NCBI GenBank assembly: GCA_964564435.1
Contig: CAZMAT010000003.1
Coordinates: 96,451-160,450 of the forward strand
Direction: 5' to 3'
Length of the DNA stretch: 64,000 nucleotides
Source of the DNA: an uncultured bacterium
GTDB taxonomy: Bacteria; Fermentibacterota; Fermentibacteria; Fermentibacterales; Fermentibacteraceae
In this document: piece after piece, positions 46,020-54,429 of the stretch
Position numbering within the stretch: position 1 is the stretch's first letter
Layout: each line of letters starts with the position of its first letter
Made by a program: the position numbers and the translations under genes
The notes under the pieces: model-generated
Seen by the model: only the letters and a program-made list of their open reading frames with translations
Databases searched by the model: none
What the model was told of the DNA's origin: nothing

Positions 46020-46826
46020 ATGCACCGCATGATACTGGTCGCCTCCGTGATCCTCGCCGCGGCCTGCGCCTGCCTCAGTGCCGGCGACGGAAGCGGGCCC
46101 GCTCCGAACTTCACTTCGACCCTCCTGGTGGACACCGGCTACACGCCCTATTCCGGCATCTCCTGGAACAGGGGCGAGTATCCCGTCTTCGTCCTGCACT
46201 GGACCCCGTCGGAAGAGGCCGATCACTACGAAGTCCGCGTCTCGACGGACCGCATCGACGAATCGAACTGGGACGTCGCCGTGCCGGTGGACACCGTGTC
46301 GGGCGGCCAGGATTCCTGCTGGGTCTCCCTCGATCCCGTCGTCTTCGAGAACACCTGCATCGGCTGCGGCCTCTGCGTCGATGCCTGCCCCCAGAACGCG
46401 ATGACCCTGGTCGGCGGACGCGCGGTGATAAACCCCGATTCGTGCACGTCCTGCGGCCAGTGCGTGCTGGTCTGCCCGGTGAATGCGATCACCGATACGA
46501 AGTACGACACCTGGTATTACTTCGCTATCCGCGCCTACTCGGCTTCGGGCGCCCCGTCCGAGGATGTCGTCTGCACCGCAGACGCCTACAGGATACGGTA
46601 CTTCGACGACATCTCGCGCTGCCAGCACTGCAACAGCGAAGGAACGTCCACCTGCTATGCCGTCATCAACACCCCGCCCTGCCCCGTGGACGCGATCTAC
46701 TGGGACGAGGACTTCTACATCTACATCGACACCACGAAGTGCATCAGCTGTGGCATCTGCTTCGAGCACTGCCGGACCGACGGCCTCTACTCCATAAGCA
46801 ACTACGTGGAGTCGTCCGCACCGTAG
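46020..46826 (+). CDS. lipoprotein with two 2[4Fe-4S] ferredoxin-type domains
   Basis: MHRMILVASVILAAACACLSAG signal and lipobox. Four CxxCxxCxxxCP clusters (CIGCGLCVDACP, CTSCGQCVLVCP, CQHCNSEGTSTC, CISCGICFEHC). GGAGGA RBS. Confidence 0.65.
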   Translation: MHRMILVASVILAAACACLSAGDGSGPAPNFTSTLLVDTGYTPYSGISWNRGEYPVFVLHWTPSEEADHYEVRVSTDRIDESNWDVAVPVDTVSGGQDSCWVSLDPVVFENTCIGCGLCVDACPQNAMTLVGGRAVINPDSCTSCGQCVLVCPVNAITDTKYDTWYYFAIRAYSASGAPSEDVVCTADAYRIRYFDDISRCQHCNSEGTSTCYAVINTPPCPVDAIYWDEDFYIYIDTTKCISCGICFEHCRTDGLYSISNYVESSAP

Positions 46827-46914
46827 ACGATGCATCCGGGATGCGGTTCCGCGGCCCGATCCCCGCGATCGGCCGCACCGGGCCGCCCGGGATGGGAAGG
46901 AACCGAAGGGAGAG

Positions 46915-47409
46915 ATGCTTGTGAGGTTCATCCCGATTACCGCCCTCGTCCTTGCCGCTGCAGCCTCCGGCGCAGGCATGGCCTTCTCGACCGATTCGGG
47001 CAAGCCGGTCGTCTCCTGGGATGCGGTCGACCCTTCATGGGATCATCTCGAGATCAGGATCTCCGCAACGCCCTTCGACGAAGCGGCTCCCGCGAAGGGC
47101 GCCGTAGTCTCCCTGATCGCCGTCGACAGCCTTTCAGGCGCGTTCCCGCTGGAAGCCGAACTCGCGGGCAGCTTCGCCGTCGAACCTGAGATCTGCATCG
47201 GCTGCGGCCTCTGCGTGTCGGCATGCCCCGTCGATGCCATCACGCTGGTCGAAGGCAAAGCCCTCGTCGACCCGGCGACCTGCATAGCCTGCGGGCTCTG
47301 CGCCTCCTCGTGCCCGGTCTCGGCCATCCTCGCCCCGTCGGCATCCGCGCATTTCGCCCTGCTCGGAGTCGACGCCGGGGGTGCCGCCACCATGCTGGGG
47401 TCGATCTAG
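46915..47409 (+). CDS. signal-peptide-bearing 2[4Fe-4S] ferredoxin-domain protein
   Basis: MLVRFIPITALVLAAAASGAGMA N-terminus. CIGCGLCVSACP and CIACGLCASSCP motifs. Confidence 0.65.
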   Translation: MLVRFIPITALVLAAAASGAGMAFSTDSGKPVVSWDAVDPSWDHLEIRISATPFDEAAPAKGAVVSLIAVDSLSGAFPLEAELAGSFAVEPEICIGCGLCVSACPVDAITLVEGKALVDPATCIACGLCASSCPVSAILAPSASAHFALLGVDAGGAATMLGSI

Positions 47410-47643
47410 GTGCCGCTGCGCAGGTATCTACTGCCTGTGCTTGTGCTTGCGATCGCGGCGCTAGCCCTCGCCGGGACGAAGTACAGGATAGACCGTACGC
47501 GCTGCACGGGTTGCGGCGACTGCGACAGGATCTGCCCCGTGGATGCCGTCGAGATCGTGGACGGCTACTCGACCATCGACCCCGATGCCTGCATAGGCTG
47601 CGGCATGTGCCTGGGGGTGTGCAGCCATGACGCGGTACGCTAG
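47410..47643 (+). CDS. small signal-peptide-bearing 2[4Fe-4S] ferredoxin
   Basis: GTG start. MPLRRYLLPVLVLAIAALALAG (RR-containing n-region), then CTGCGDCDRICP and CIGCGMCLGVC. Confidence 0.6.
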   Translation: MPLRRYLLPVLVLAIAALALAGTKYRIDRTRCTGCGDCDRICPVDAVEIVDGYSTIDPDACIGCGMCLGVCSHDAVR

Positions 47644-47869
47644 CCTCGCGGGCCTGCTGATGCTGCTTCTCGCCGCTGCCTGCAGCGGTCCGTCGGACAC
47701 GACGCAGCTCGTGGTGGATCCGGACCTCTGCATCGGCTGCGGTGAATGCGAGGAAGTCTGCCCCTACGGTGCCGTTGAGGTCGTCGACGGCCATGCCGTG
47801 ATCGACCCCGCCCTCTGCCACTTCTGCCTGAGGTGCGTCGAGGAGTGTCCGAAGGGGGCGATCTACTGA
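47627..47869 (+). CDS. small lipoprotein-type 2[4Fe-4S] ferredoxin
   Basis: MTRYASLAGLLMLLLAAACSG lipobox, then CIGCGECEEVCP and CHFCLRCVEECP. Confidence 0.6.
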   Translation: MTRYASLAGLLMLLLAAACSGPSDTTQLVVDPDLCIGCGECEEVCPYGAVEVVDGHAVIDPALCHFCLRCVEECPKGAIY

Positions 47870-49074
47870 TGAAGAAGCTCTCTCTGATCCTGCTCGTGCT
47901 TTCCGCCGCCGCCTGGTCGGCTGCGCTGGAGCAGTTCGTATCCCTGTCGGTCGAATCCGACAGCCTCGGGGTCTCCCCCGGCCGCAGGCAGGCCCTGTGG
48001 AACGGCATGATCTCCGAGGATTCCTGGGGCGTCAGGGTCACCGACAGATATCTCGATGCCGACAGCGGCGGGCTCGTCCCCCGGCGCTTCCTGGGCAGGA
48101 ACGACCTGCTGGTGGATGGTGACGCCAGATTCGGCGCCCTCACCGTCAGCCCCGGCTTCAGATGGAACACCGCCGCGGGCGACGGCCTCGACTTCATCCT
48201 GCCCGACCAGCAGGGCACGGTGCTCGACCGCTCCTACACCAGGCCCGGGCTCGGCCTCGGTGTCTCGCTGCCCCACGGGTTCGGCGCGTTCGTCGAGGGC
48301 AGCCTCGTGGAGCGCAGCCTCGAGTACCCCGACGGTTCCTCCCTCGGCTGGTCCGGCCAGGGCGCCGAGGGCTACGTCGAGTGGGACGCCCCGGGCCTCT
48401 TCTGGGCCAGGGCCGGAGGCTCCTTCCGCAAGCACTCGAGCGACGACATCGGGTTCGATACCGACTGGTCCGAAGTCGGCGCAGCCGTGGGCATCCGAAC
48501 CACCGTGCTGCCCGCAAGGGTCCAGCTCGTCGGCCAGGCCGAGTTCGGCTCCCTTTCGGGGGAGGACTACCTGGGGGGCGACCTGGGCGAGAGGGCTTCG
48601 CTCCGGCTGCGCGCCGTCAGGTCCTTCACTCCCGGGATGGCGCTGGACATGACAGTGTTCTCGTCTCTAGACCATCGCGACGGGGCCTGGTACAGGGCTG
48701 CCTCATCGGGTGCCGCGAGGCTTGTCCTGACGCGCGGGAGGCCCGGGGAGATCCCCAGCCAGCTCGTGCTGGGGGGGCAGGTGACGTCCTCGTCGTTCAC
48801 GACCGCGCGCTTCGAGGCCTCCGGCAGGCTCCACCTGGTCGAGGGGCTGTCCACGCTGCTCTCGGCCACGGCCCGCAGGATCCCGACAACCGTCGCGGGC
48901 GCCGGGCCCGGACGCGACTGGGTGACCCTCGGCGCCGGACTCGAATACAGGATATCCACCCTCGCCGTCGTCTGGGCGAAGGTGCAGCAGGAACTGACGA
49001 TACTGAACGACACCGAGGACTGGACGAGGCTGGACGCCGGGATCCAGTTCTGGCCGCCTTCCATCAGTATCTGA
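47869..49074 (+). CDS. outer-membrane beta-barrel protein (putative porin)
   Basis: MKKLSLILLVLSAAAWSA signal and ~16 amphipathic beta-strand segments. ATG overlaps the TGA of the preceding ferredoxin gene. Confidence 0.5.
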   Translation: MKKLSLILLVLSAAAWSAALEQFVSLSVESDSLGVSPGRRQALWNGMISEDSWGVRVTDRYLDADSGGLVPRRFLGRNDLLVDGDARFGALTVSPGFRWNTAAGDGLDFILPDQQGTVLDRSYTRPGLGLGVSLPHGFGAFVEGSLVERSLEYPDGSSLGWSGQGAEGYVEWDAPGLFWARAGGSFRKHSSDDIGFDTDWSEVGAAVGIRTTVLPARVQLVGQAEFGSLSGEDYLGGDLGERASLRLRAVRSFTPGMALDMTVFSSLDHRDGAWYRAASSGAARLVLTRGRPGEIPSQLVLGGQVTSSSFTTARFEASGRLHLVEGLSTLLSATARRIPTTVAGAGPGRDWVTLGAGLEYRISTLAVVWAKVQQELTILNDTEDWTRLDAGIQFWPPSISI

Positions 49075-49126
49075 ATCACCTCTCCAGGGGTCCCGGCACC
49101 GGCCGGGGCCCCGTGGGAAGCCGCCG

Positions 49127-50257
49127 ATGACACTCGACCCCCTGATCCGCGGAGCCGCCCTCGGCCTCGCCACCGGAACGGCCTGCCTGGCCTCCTGCGG
49201 CCCGGTCTACGGGGCCTACCTGCTCTCCGAGAAGAGGTCGGGTCTCGAGTCGCTGCGCGTGCTCCTCGAGCTCAACCTGGGAAGGTTCCTTTCCTACGCC
49301 GCCTTCGGAGCCCTTTTCGGCCTGCTGGGAGGGTCGCTCCCAGTCTCGATAAGGGGGCCCCTGGCGGCGGCTGGATACATCCTCTTCTCCGTCTATCTCC
49401 TTCTCTCGGTCGTCCGTGCCAGGAAGTCGTGCGGCGGCGGATGCTCAACTTCCAAGCTAACCCGCTTCACCCGGAGTCCGCTGCTGCTGGGCGTGCTCAC
49501 CGGCCTCTCGGTGTGCCCCTCGTTCCTGATCGCGGTAACAGGCGCGTTCGAATCCAGCGGTCCACTGAGCGGAGCTCTCCTCTTCTCGGGATTCTTCGCG
49601 GGGACGACCGTATACATGCTTCCTTTCGCAGTCCTGGGACTTTTCACCAGGAAGGCCTGGTTCACCACGATCGCGAGGGTTCTTGCAGTCATCGTCTCGG
49701 TCTACTTCCTGGCCGTCGGGGTGCGCATGGCCCTGGCTCTGATCAATCCCGGCGTATCGCAGACCACCGGCACCGCGGGCGCTCCCTCCGACGGTGAAGG
49801 GCCGGCATACGCGGCGCTCGAGGAGGATACGCTCTATTTCGTGGGCATACCGGGCGACCCGGCGGATCACGCACAGGATCTCGCCGCGTTCTTCGGCTCG
49901 CAGGAAGGCCCCGGAGCCGTCTTCGTCGCCGTCGCCCCCGCCGATCCGACTTCGTTCGCCGGGCGCATCCCCGAGCTTTCCTCGGTCATCGTGCCCTGGT
50001 GGGTCGACCCGAGGAGCGGGATCGCCCTCGAGCCATGGCAGGCCGAGTTCGCATGGGTCGTGGAAGCTCGCAGATACAGGGCCTTCGCGGTCGAGTACGA
50101 GCCGTGGTGCGAGGACAGGGCCGAGACGATCCGGTCGTTCCTCGACAGATACAGCTTCAGTGTGGAGCCCGATTCCGGATTCACTTTCCTGATGCAGAAC
50201 ACCCTCGAGTGTCCGCCGGATTCCTGCGCGACGTGCCCCCTCGGGGCGTTCGAGTAG
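49127..50257 (+). CDS. polytopic membrane protein with Cys motifs and a C-terminal soluble domain ending CPLGAFE
   Basis: About 6 TM helices with TACLASCGP and SCGGGCS motifs. C-terminal ...ECPPDSCATCPLGAFE shares the CPLGAF motif with the NapH-like protein encoded at 51529-52968. Confidence 0.45.
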   Translation: MTLDPLIRGAALGLATGTACLASCGPVYGAYLLSEKRSGLESLRVLLELNLGRFLSYAAFGALFGLLGGSLPVSIRGPLAAAGYILFSVYLLLSVVRARKSCGGGCSTSKLTRFTRSPLLLGVLTGLSVCPSFLIAVTGAFESSGPLSGALLFSGFFAGTTVYMLPFAVLGLFTRKAWFTTIARVLAVIVSVYFLAVGVRMALALINPGVSQTTGTAGAPSDGEGPAYAALEEDTLYFVGIPGDPADHAQDLAAFFGSQEGPGAVFVAVAPADPTSFAGRIPELSSVIVPWWVDPRSGIALEPWQAEFAWVVEARRYRAFAVEYEPWCEDRAETIRSFLDRYSFSVEPDSGFTFLMQNTLECPPDSCATCPLGAFE

Positions 50258-50304
50258 CCTGACCCGCGCCTGACGCGGGGCTCGGCAGTTTCATGGAGGA
50301 AGAG

Positions 50305-51507
50305 ATGCCCACGGATTTCAGTGCTGGATATGCCGGACCCAGGGTCAAATCCGACTGCCTGGTCACCTTCGCGCCCGGAGAGGGCGCCCTGGAAGTCTCG
50401 ATCACTGGAGAGGCGGATCACGCCCCCCTCGAAGCGGCCATCAGGGCCGTCGCCGACAGGCTGGGTGTCGGCGGCAGGGTGACCGTGAAGGATTCCGGGG
50501 CCCTTCCCTTCGTGGCGGCAGCCCGTTTCGAGGCTGCGGCGAGGAGGGCGCTCGGCGGCAGCCTGACCCCCCTTCCACCTGCGGTGGTCTTCCAGCCGTC
50601 GCCCAGGGTACGCCCCCGCAGATCGAGGCTGTACCTTCCCGGCAACCGCCCGGAGTTCCTGCCCAAGGCCGTCTCGTCGGGCGCGGACGGCGTGATACTG
50701 GACCTCGAGGACAGCGTCTCCCCCGACAGGAAGTTCGAGGCCAGGATACTGGTGGCCCACGCCCTCGCATCCATGGACTTCGGCGGGGTGGAGATCATGG
50801 TGCGCATCAACCAGGGGGCCGAGGGCGACGAGGACCTCGCCTGGATCATCCCGCAGAGGGTTCAGCACGTGCTTGTGCCCAAGGTCGAGACCCCCTCGAG
50901 GATCTCGGACGTCCGCGCACTTTCGGAGAAGATCGCGAAGCGGTGCCACAGGCCTGGGCTGCCGTGGTTCATGCCCATCATCGAGAGCCCCCTCGGGATC
51001 CTCTCTGCGCTGGACATCGCCCGCGCAGTGCCCGAAACCGCCGCCCTCACCCTGGGCCTGCAGGACCTGACCGCCGAGCTTGGCGTGAGGCCCACGCCGG
51101 GCGGACGAGAGAGCTTCTTCTCGCGCAGCATGATCGTGCTCGCCGCCAGGGCGGCCGGGCTCCAGCCGATCGATACCGTCTACGCCGACGTGAAGAACGA
51201 GGAGGGGCTCAGGGCATCCATCTCAGAGGCCCGCGAACTGGGATTCATCGGCAAGGGATGCGTCCATCCCGGGCAGGTCGCTGCCATCAACCAGGGTTTC
51301 ATGCCCGACGCCGAGTCGATCGAGTACGCGAAGAAGGTCGTGCTCGCCATGGAGGAGGCGCAGAGCCGCGGGCTGGGCGCGGTGGCCCTGGGCAGCAAGA
51401 TGATCGACCCCGCCGTCGCGAGGCAGGCCGAGGCCACCGTAGCGGAAGCCGTCATGTTCGGGATCATCCCCGAAGGCTGGAGGGATGCCGCGGGGGCGGG
51501 TGAATAG
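50305..51507 (+). CDS. citrate lyase acyl-carrier (CitD-like) fused to citrate lyase beta / citryl-CoA lyase (CitE, HpcH/HpaI family)
   Basis: N-terminal ~90 aa are CitD-like (GYAGPRVKSDCLVTFAPGEGALEVSITG...). The remainder is CitE-like (ILDLEDSV, MVRINQG, FIGKGCVHPGQV). GGAGGA RBS before ATG 50305. Confidence 0.7.
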   Translation: MPTDFSAGYAGPRVKSDCLVTFAPGEGALEVSITGEADHAPLEAAIRAVADRLGVGGRVTVKDSGALPFVAAARFEAAARRALGGSLTPLPPAVVFQPSPRVRPRRSRLYLPGNRPEFLPKAVSSGADGVILDLEDSVSPDRKFEARILVAHALASMDFGGVEIMVRINQGAEGDEDLAWIIPQRVQHVLVPKVETPSRISDVRALSEKIAKRCHRPGLPWFMPIIESPLGILSALDIARAVPETAALTLGLQDLTAELGVRPTPGGRESFFSRSMIVLAARAAGLQPIDTVYADVKNEEGLRASISEARELGFIGKGCVHPGQVAAINQGFMPDAESIEYAKKVVLAMEEAQSRGLGAVALGSKMIDPAVARQAEATVAEAVMFGIIPEGWRDAAGAGE

Positions 51508-51528
51508 AACCGGGCGGCCGGGGCCGCC

Positions 51529-52968
51529 CTAGCCCTCCTTCGTGCCGATCTCGCAGCTCCCGGAGGAAGGCTCGCCGGGCATCCCGCAGGACTGCCCCCT
51601 GCGCCCGGTGAGGCGGCACAGTTTCGTCCACAGGCCGGCCCGGCAGGCCAGCCCCAGCACGAACCCGTAGAAGCACAGGTACCGGCAGAAGAACCTGCCC
51701 CAGAGGATCGAAAGGACTGCCGCGGCCAGGCCGAGCACCAGGTTTCCCGCGAGGAACAGGGTGAACACAGCCCTGAACGGATCCACCTCGCAGAACAGGG
51801 CGGCCCAGGGCACGTCGAGGATGCCTCTCCAGGCCAGGACGACAGCCGCGCAGAAGAGCACGAACAGCACCGTCCTCGCTCCGAGCAGGATCCGGTCGAG
51901 CTTCCGGCCGGGCTGGGGGAGGCGCAGGATGTCTAGCTTCCAGAGGATCTCCTGGAAGGCCCCCATCGGGCAGACCCATCCGCAGTAGACCCTTCCGAAG
52001 AAGAGCGCGTGGACGACCGGCAGAGCCAGCAGGAGGATGCCGGCGAGCCCGAGGAAGGATATCGCCGTGCCGCCGAGGGCGTACTGGAACGCGCCCAGGG
52101 GGCAGAAGCATCCCTGGACCACGAAACCCAGAAGCAGGAGGCTCAGGGACAGCACGACGAGCCGTGTAGCCCGTGCCTTCCTCCTAGTCTTCCTCCCGCC
52201 CCGCAGCTTCCTCGATGCGATGGTCGCGAAGGCGAGGAGCACCGCCGTGATGCAGAGGATGACCAACGTCCTCGTGCGACCGGTCGAGGGGTTGCCGCAG
52301 GTGTCGTCCGTCCATCTCCCCGCCCAGTGAGGGCAGAGCTGCCTCTCGTACGGGCAGGCCGCCGCAGGCGGGAGGCCGCGAGGGCAGCCCAGCGAGACGA
52401 AGGCGGGCGGAGCGCCGGCGGAATCCTGCAGCGCCGACGCGGTGGTATCGGCCGTCAGCGGCCCCGGGTTGTCGCAGCGGCCGTCGGCGCCTTCATCCCT
52501 GTAGAGGGCGCATGACGGCGCTTCCGCGTAGCAGGCCTGCTCGGGGGTGTAGCCGAGGGGGCAGGAGACCACGACGCAGTCGGAGTCGTCGGTGGTCTGG
52601 CCCTGACTGGCGCTGTCGGGAGCCGTGACGCCGATGGAATCGGACTGTACTTCCTGCTGGACAACCGGATCGGGCGGGGTCGAATCCGGGCCCGTGTCAG
52701 GCCCCGTATCCGGATCGACCAGGGTTGTGTCAGCCGTGGAGACGATAGTGTCGGCCGGAGTGACATCGGGCTCGACCGCTTCCGTATCGGGCTCCGCCAC
52801 CGACGGCTGGGGGCCCGGATTGTCGCACAGGCCGTCTCCGTCGGAGTCGGTGAACAGCCCGCAGGTGGGGGCCGATTCGGGGCAGGCGTTCCCGGGCGGG
52901 AAGCCCAGCGGGCATGTCGCCAGAGCCGCCGATGTCAGGATGAATGCAAACCAGAACGAGGTTCTCAT
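51529..52968 (-). CDS. NapH/MauN-family membrane polyferredoxin-like protein with periplasmic Cys-rich Asp-rich repeats
   Basis: Signal peptide, then three repeats (CPLGxxPxxACxxxxPxC...DxDGDGxCDNPGP). TM domain carries CFCPLGAFQY and CGWVCPMGAFQE motifs diagnostic of the NapH/NosR/MauN Fe-S membrane family. Confidence 0.65.
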   Translation of the reverse strand: MRTSFWFAFILTSAALATCPLGFPPGNACPESAPTCGLFTDSDGDGLCDNPGPQPSVAEPDTEAVEPDVTPADTIVSTADTTLVDPDTGPDTGPDSTPPDPVVQQEVQSDSIGVTAPDSASQGQTTDDSDCVVVSCPLGYTPEQACYAEAPSCALYRDEGADGRCDNPGPLTADTTASALQDSAGAPPAFVSLGCPRGLPPAAACPYERQLCPHWAGRWTDDTCGNPSTGRTRTLVILCITAVLLAFATIASRKLRGGRKTRRKARATRLVVLSLSLLLLGFVVQGCFCPLGAFQYALGGTAISFLGLAGILLLALPVVHALFFGRVYCGWVCPMGAFQEILWKLDILRLPQPGRKLDRILLGARTVLFVLFCAAVVLAWRGILDVPWAALFCEVDPFRAVFTLFLAGNLVLGLAAAVLSILWGRFFCRYLCFYGFVLGLACRAGLWTKLCRLTGRRGQSCGMPGEPSSGSCEIGTKEG

Positions 52969-53034
52969 CCGCCGGTCAGTGTCTCCCCGAATGGAGCGCG
53001 GGGCGCCATGGAAGCGCCCCGCTGCTGGATGATC

Positions 53035-53658
53035 CTATTCGAAAATGTACTTGATGGAGGCAAAGGTCTCGTTCTCGAGATCGTTCGTCCCTGCGAGTAT
53101 CCAGTGGGGGACAGTCGACTCGAGCCCGCCGGTCGGCTGGCCGTCCGGGCTGCAGAAGACCGCGCGTCCGTCGGCACCGTTCCAGTTGTACACATAGACC
53201 GACTGACTGTCCGGGGTCGCGGTCCACTCTATGTCTATCAGCAGATTGTTGCTCCCGTTGTAGAAGAAGGGGGTGTCCAGGTCAGTGCTGAACCACTGGT
53301 CCGGGCCGAGACCCGACAGCGTGTACGTAGACCTGCTGAACACAAGCGTCTTCGACGACGGGACGTAGTTGTTCTCGAAGTTCGTGCCAAGAGCATCGAG
53401 GGTCGTGTAGCCCATGTAGATCTTGAAGTTGTTGTAGGAGCCGTGGTCTTCGCCGAACGGCGCACGCTTCCACATGAGATCCTGGATCGTGATCGCCGTG
53501 CCTATCTCGCTGTCGAGCACTACCACCTGGTAGCGCATTCCGGCAGGATATCAACCACCGCAGAAAGGCGTACTGCCGAGCCCTACGTCGCTGCCTATCT
53601 CGACGTCGGCCATCGCAGCCGTCGAAAGCAGCAGTGCCGCTGATATCAGTCTGTTCAT
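53035..53658 (-). CDS. secreted protein interrupted by in-frame TGA (signal peptide-CGG-TGA-mature domain): candidate selenoprotein or pseudogene
   Basis: ATG 53658 has a strong GGAAGGAGGAAGG RBS. Reads MNRLISAALLLSTAAMADVEIGSDVGLGSTPFCGG, then TGA at 53551-53553, then the same frame continues YPAGMRYQVVVLDSEIG... to the stop at 53035. An 8-bp stem with AGGU loop lies 14 nt downstream of the UGA. Local GC (~57%) is lower than background. Confidence 0.4.
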
Positions 53659-53720
53659 CCTTCCTCCTTCCCTGTCTGGAACCCAAATATACCTCCGCGG
53701 CGTCCCCGGGCAAAAGCGGC

Positions 53721-53750
53721 TTGACGCTGCGTGCCGCCCGCCCATATAAA
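53721..53750 (+). promoter_or_regulatory. putative sigma70-type promoter of tRNA-Asp
   Basis: TTGACG (53721-53726), 18-nt spacer, TATAAA (53745-53750), 17 nt upstream of the tRNA 5' end. Confidence 0.4.
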
Positions 53751-53767
53751 TCCCGCCTGCAAACGGT

Positions 53768-53845
53768 GGTCCGGTAGTTCAATTTGGTTAGAGCACCGCC
53801 CTGTCACGGCGGAAGTTGCGGGTTCGAGTCCCGTCCGGACCGCCA
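53768..53845 (+). tRNA. tRNA-Asp (anticodon GTC)
   Basis: 78 nt: acceptor GGTCCGG/CCGGACC, anticodon stem CCGCC/GGCGG with loop CTGTCAC, T-arm GCGGG-TTCGAGT-CCCGT, discriminator G, encoded CCA. Confidence 0.9.
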
Positions 53846-53862
53846 CTTCCCGCGCCCGCGGG

Positions 53863-54420
53863 AAGTGGCAGCGTCGCCAGCACTGTTTGCGAAGCAAACG
53901 TGCGAGAGACCATCAATCCAGCCTGTCACTCCTGTTCGATTTCGTGTGTCTGACTACTGCTTGCGCCGCAGCATTGCTCGCACTTCTTTCGAGGCTCTTC
54001 AGCTCGCACTGCGGGTCCTTCCGGGGGGCGTTGCCTCCCGTCCCCCTCATTTCGCGAAGCGAAATGAGAAACAAGCGGCAGCACGGTTCGCGAAGCGAAC
54101 CTGCGAGAGCGATCCAGCTGATCTGGTGGCACGCGTACTCGCAGTTTTCTGCGAAAACTGCTGTTACGCTACCTATCGATTCCGCCCTGCGAAATCGATG
54201 AAATTAGAAGGAAGCGGCAGCACGGTTCGCGAAGCGAACCTGCGAGAGCGATCCAGCTGATCTGGTGGCACGCGTACTCGCAGTTTGCTGCGAAAACTGC
54301 TGTTACGCTACCTATCGATTCCGCCCCGCGAAATCGATGAAATAAGAAGGAAGCGGCAGCACGGTTCGCGAAGCGAACCTGCGAAAGCGATCAAGCCTGT
54401 CCTCGAGCCCATGCGGTTCT
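53863..54420. repeat. 139-bp tandem repeat (about 2.3 near-identical copies plus one degenerate copy), each unit carrying three small hairpins
   Basis: Units begin at 54073, 54212 and 54351 (period 139) with only 3-4 mismatches. Internal hairpins are ggttcgc-gaa-gcgaacc, gcagtttt-ctgcg-aaaactgc and tcgatt...aatcga. A degenerate copy at 53863-54072 directly follows tRNA-Asp. Confidence 0.8.
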
Positions 54421-54429
54421 TCACCGTTA

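Noticed and set aside
53863-54420. Possible CRISPR array
   Set aside because: The period is 139 bp and the entire unit, including the would-be spacers, is repeated nearly identically. There is no alternation of a conserved 28-37-bp repeat with unique spacers, so this is a minisatellite-like tandem repeat, not CRISPR.
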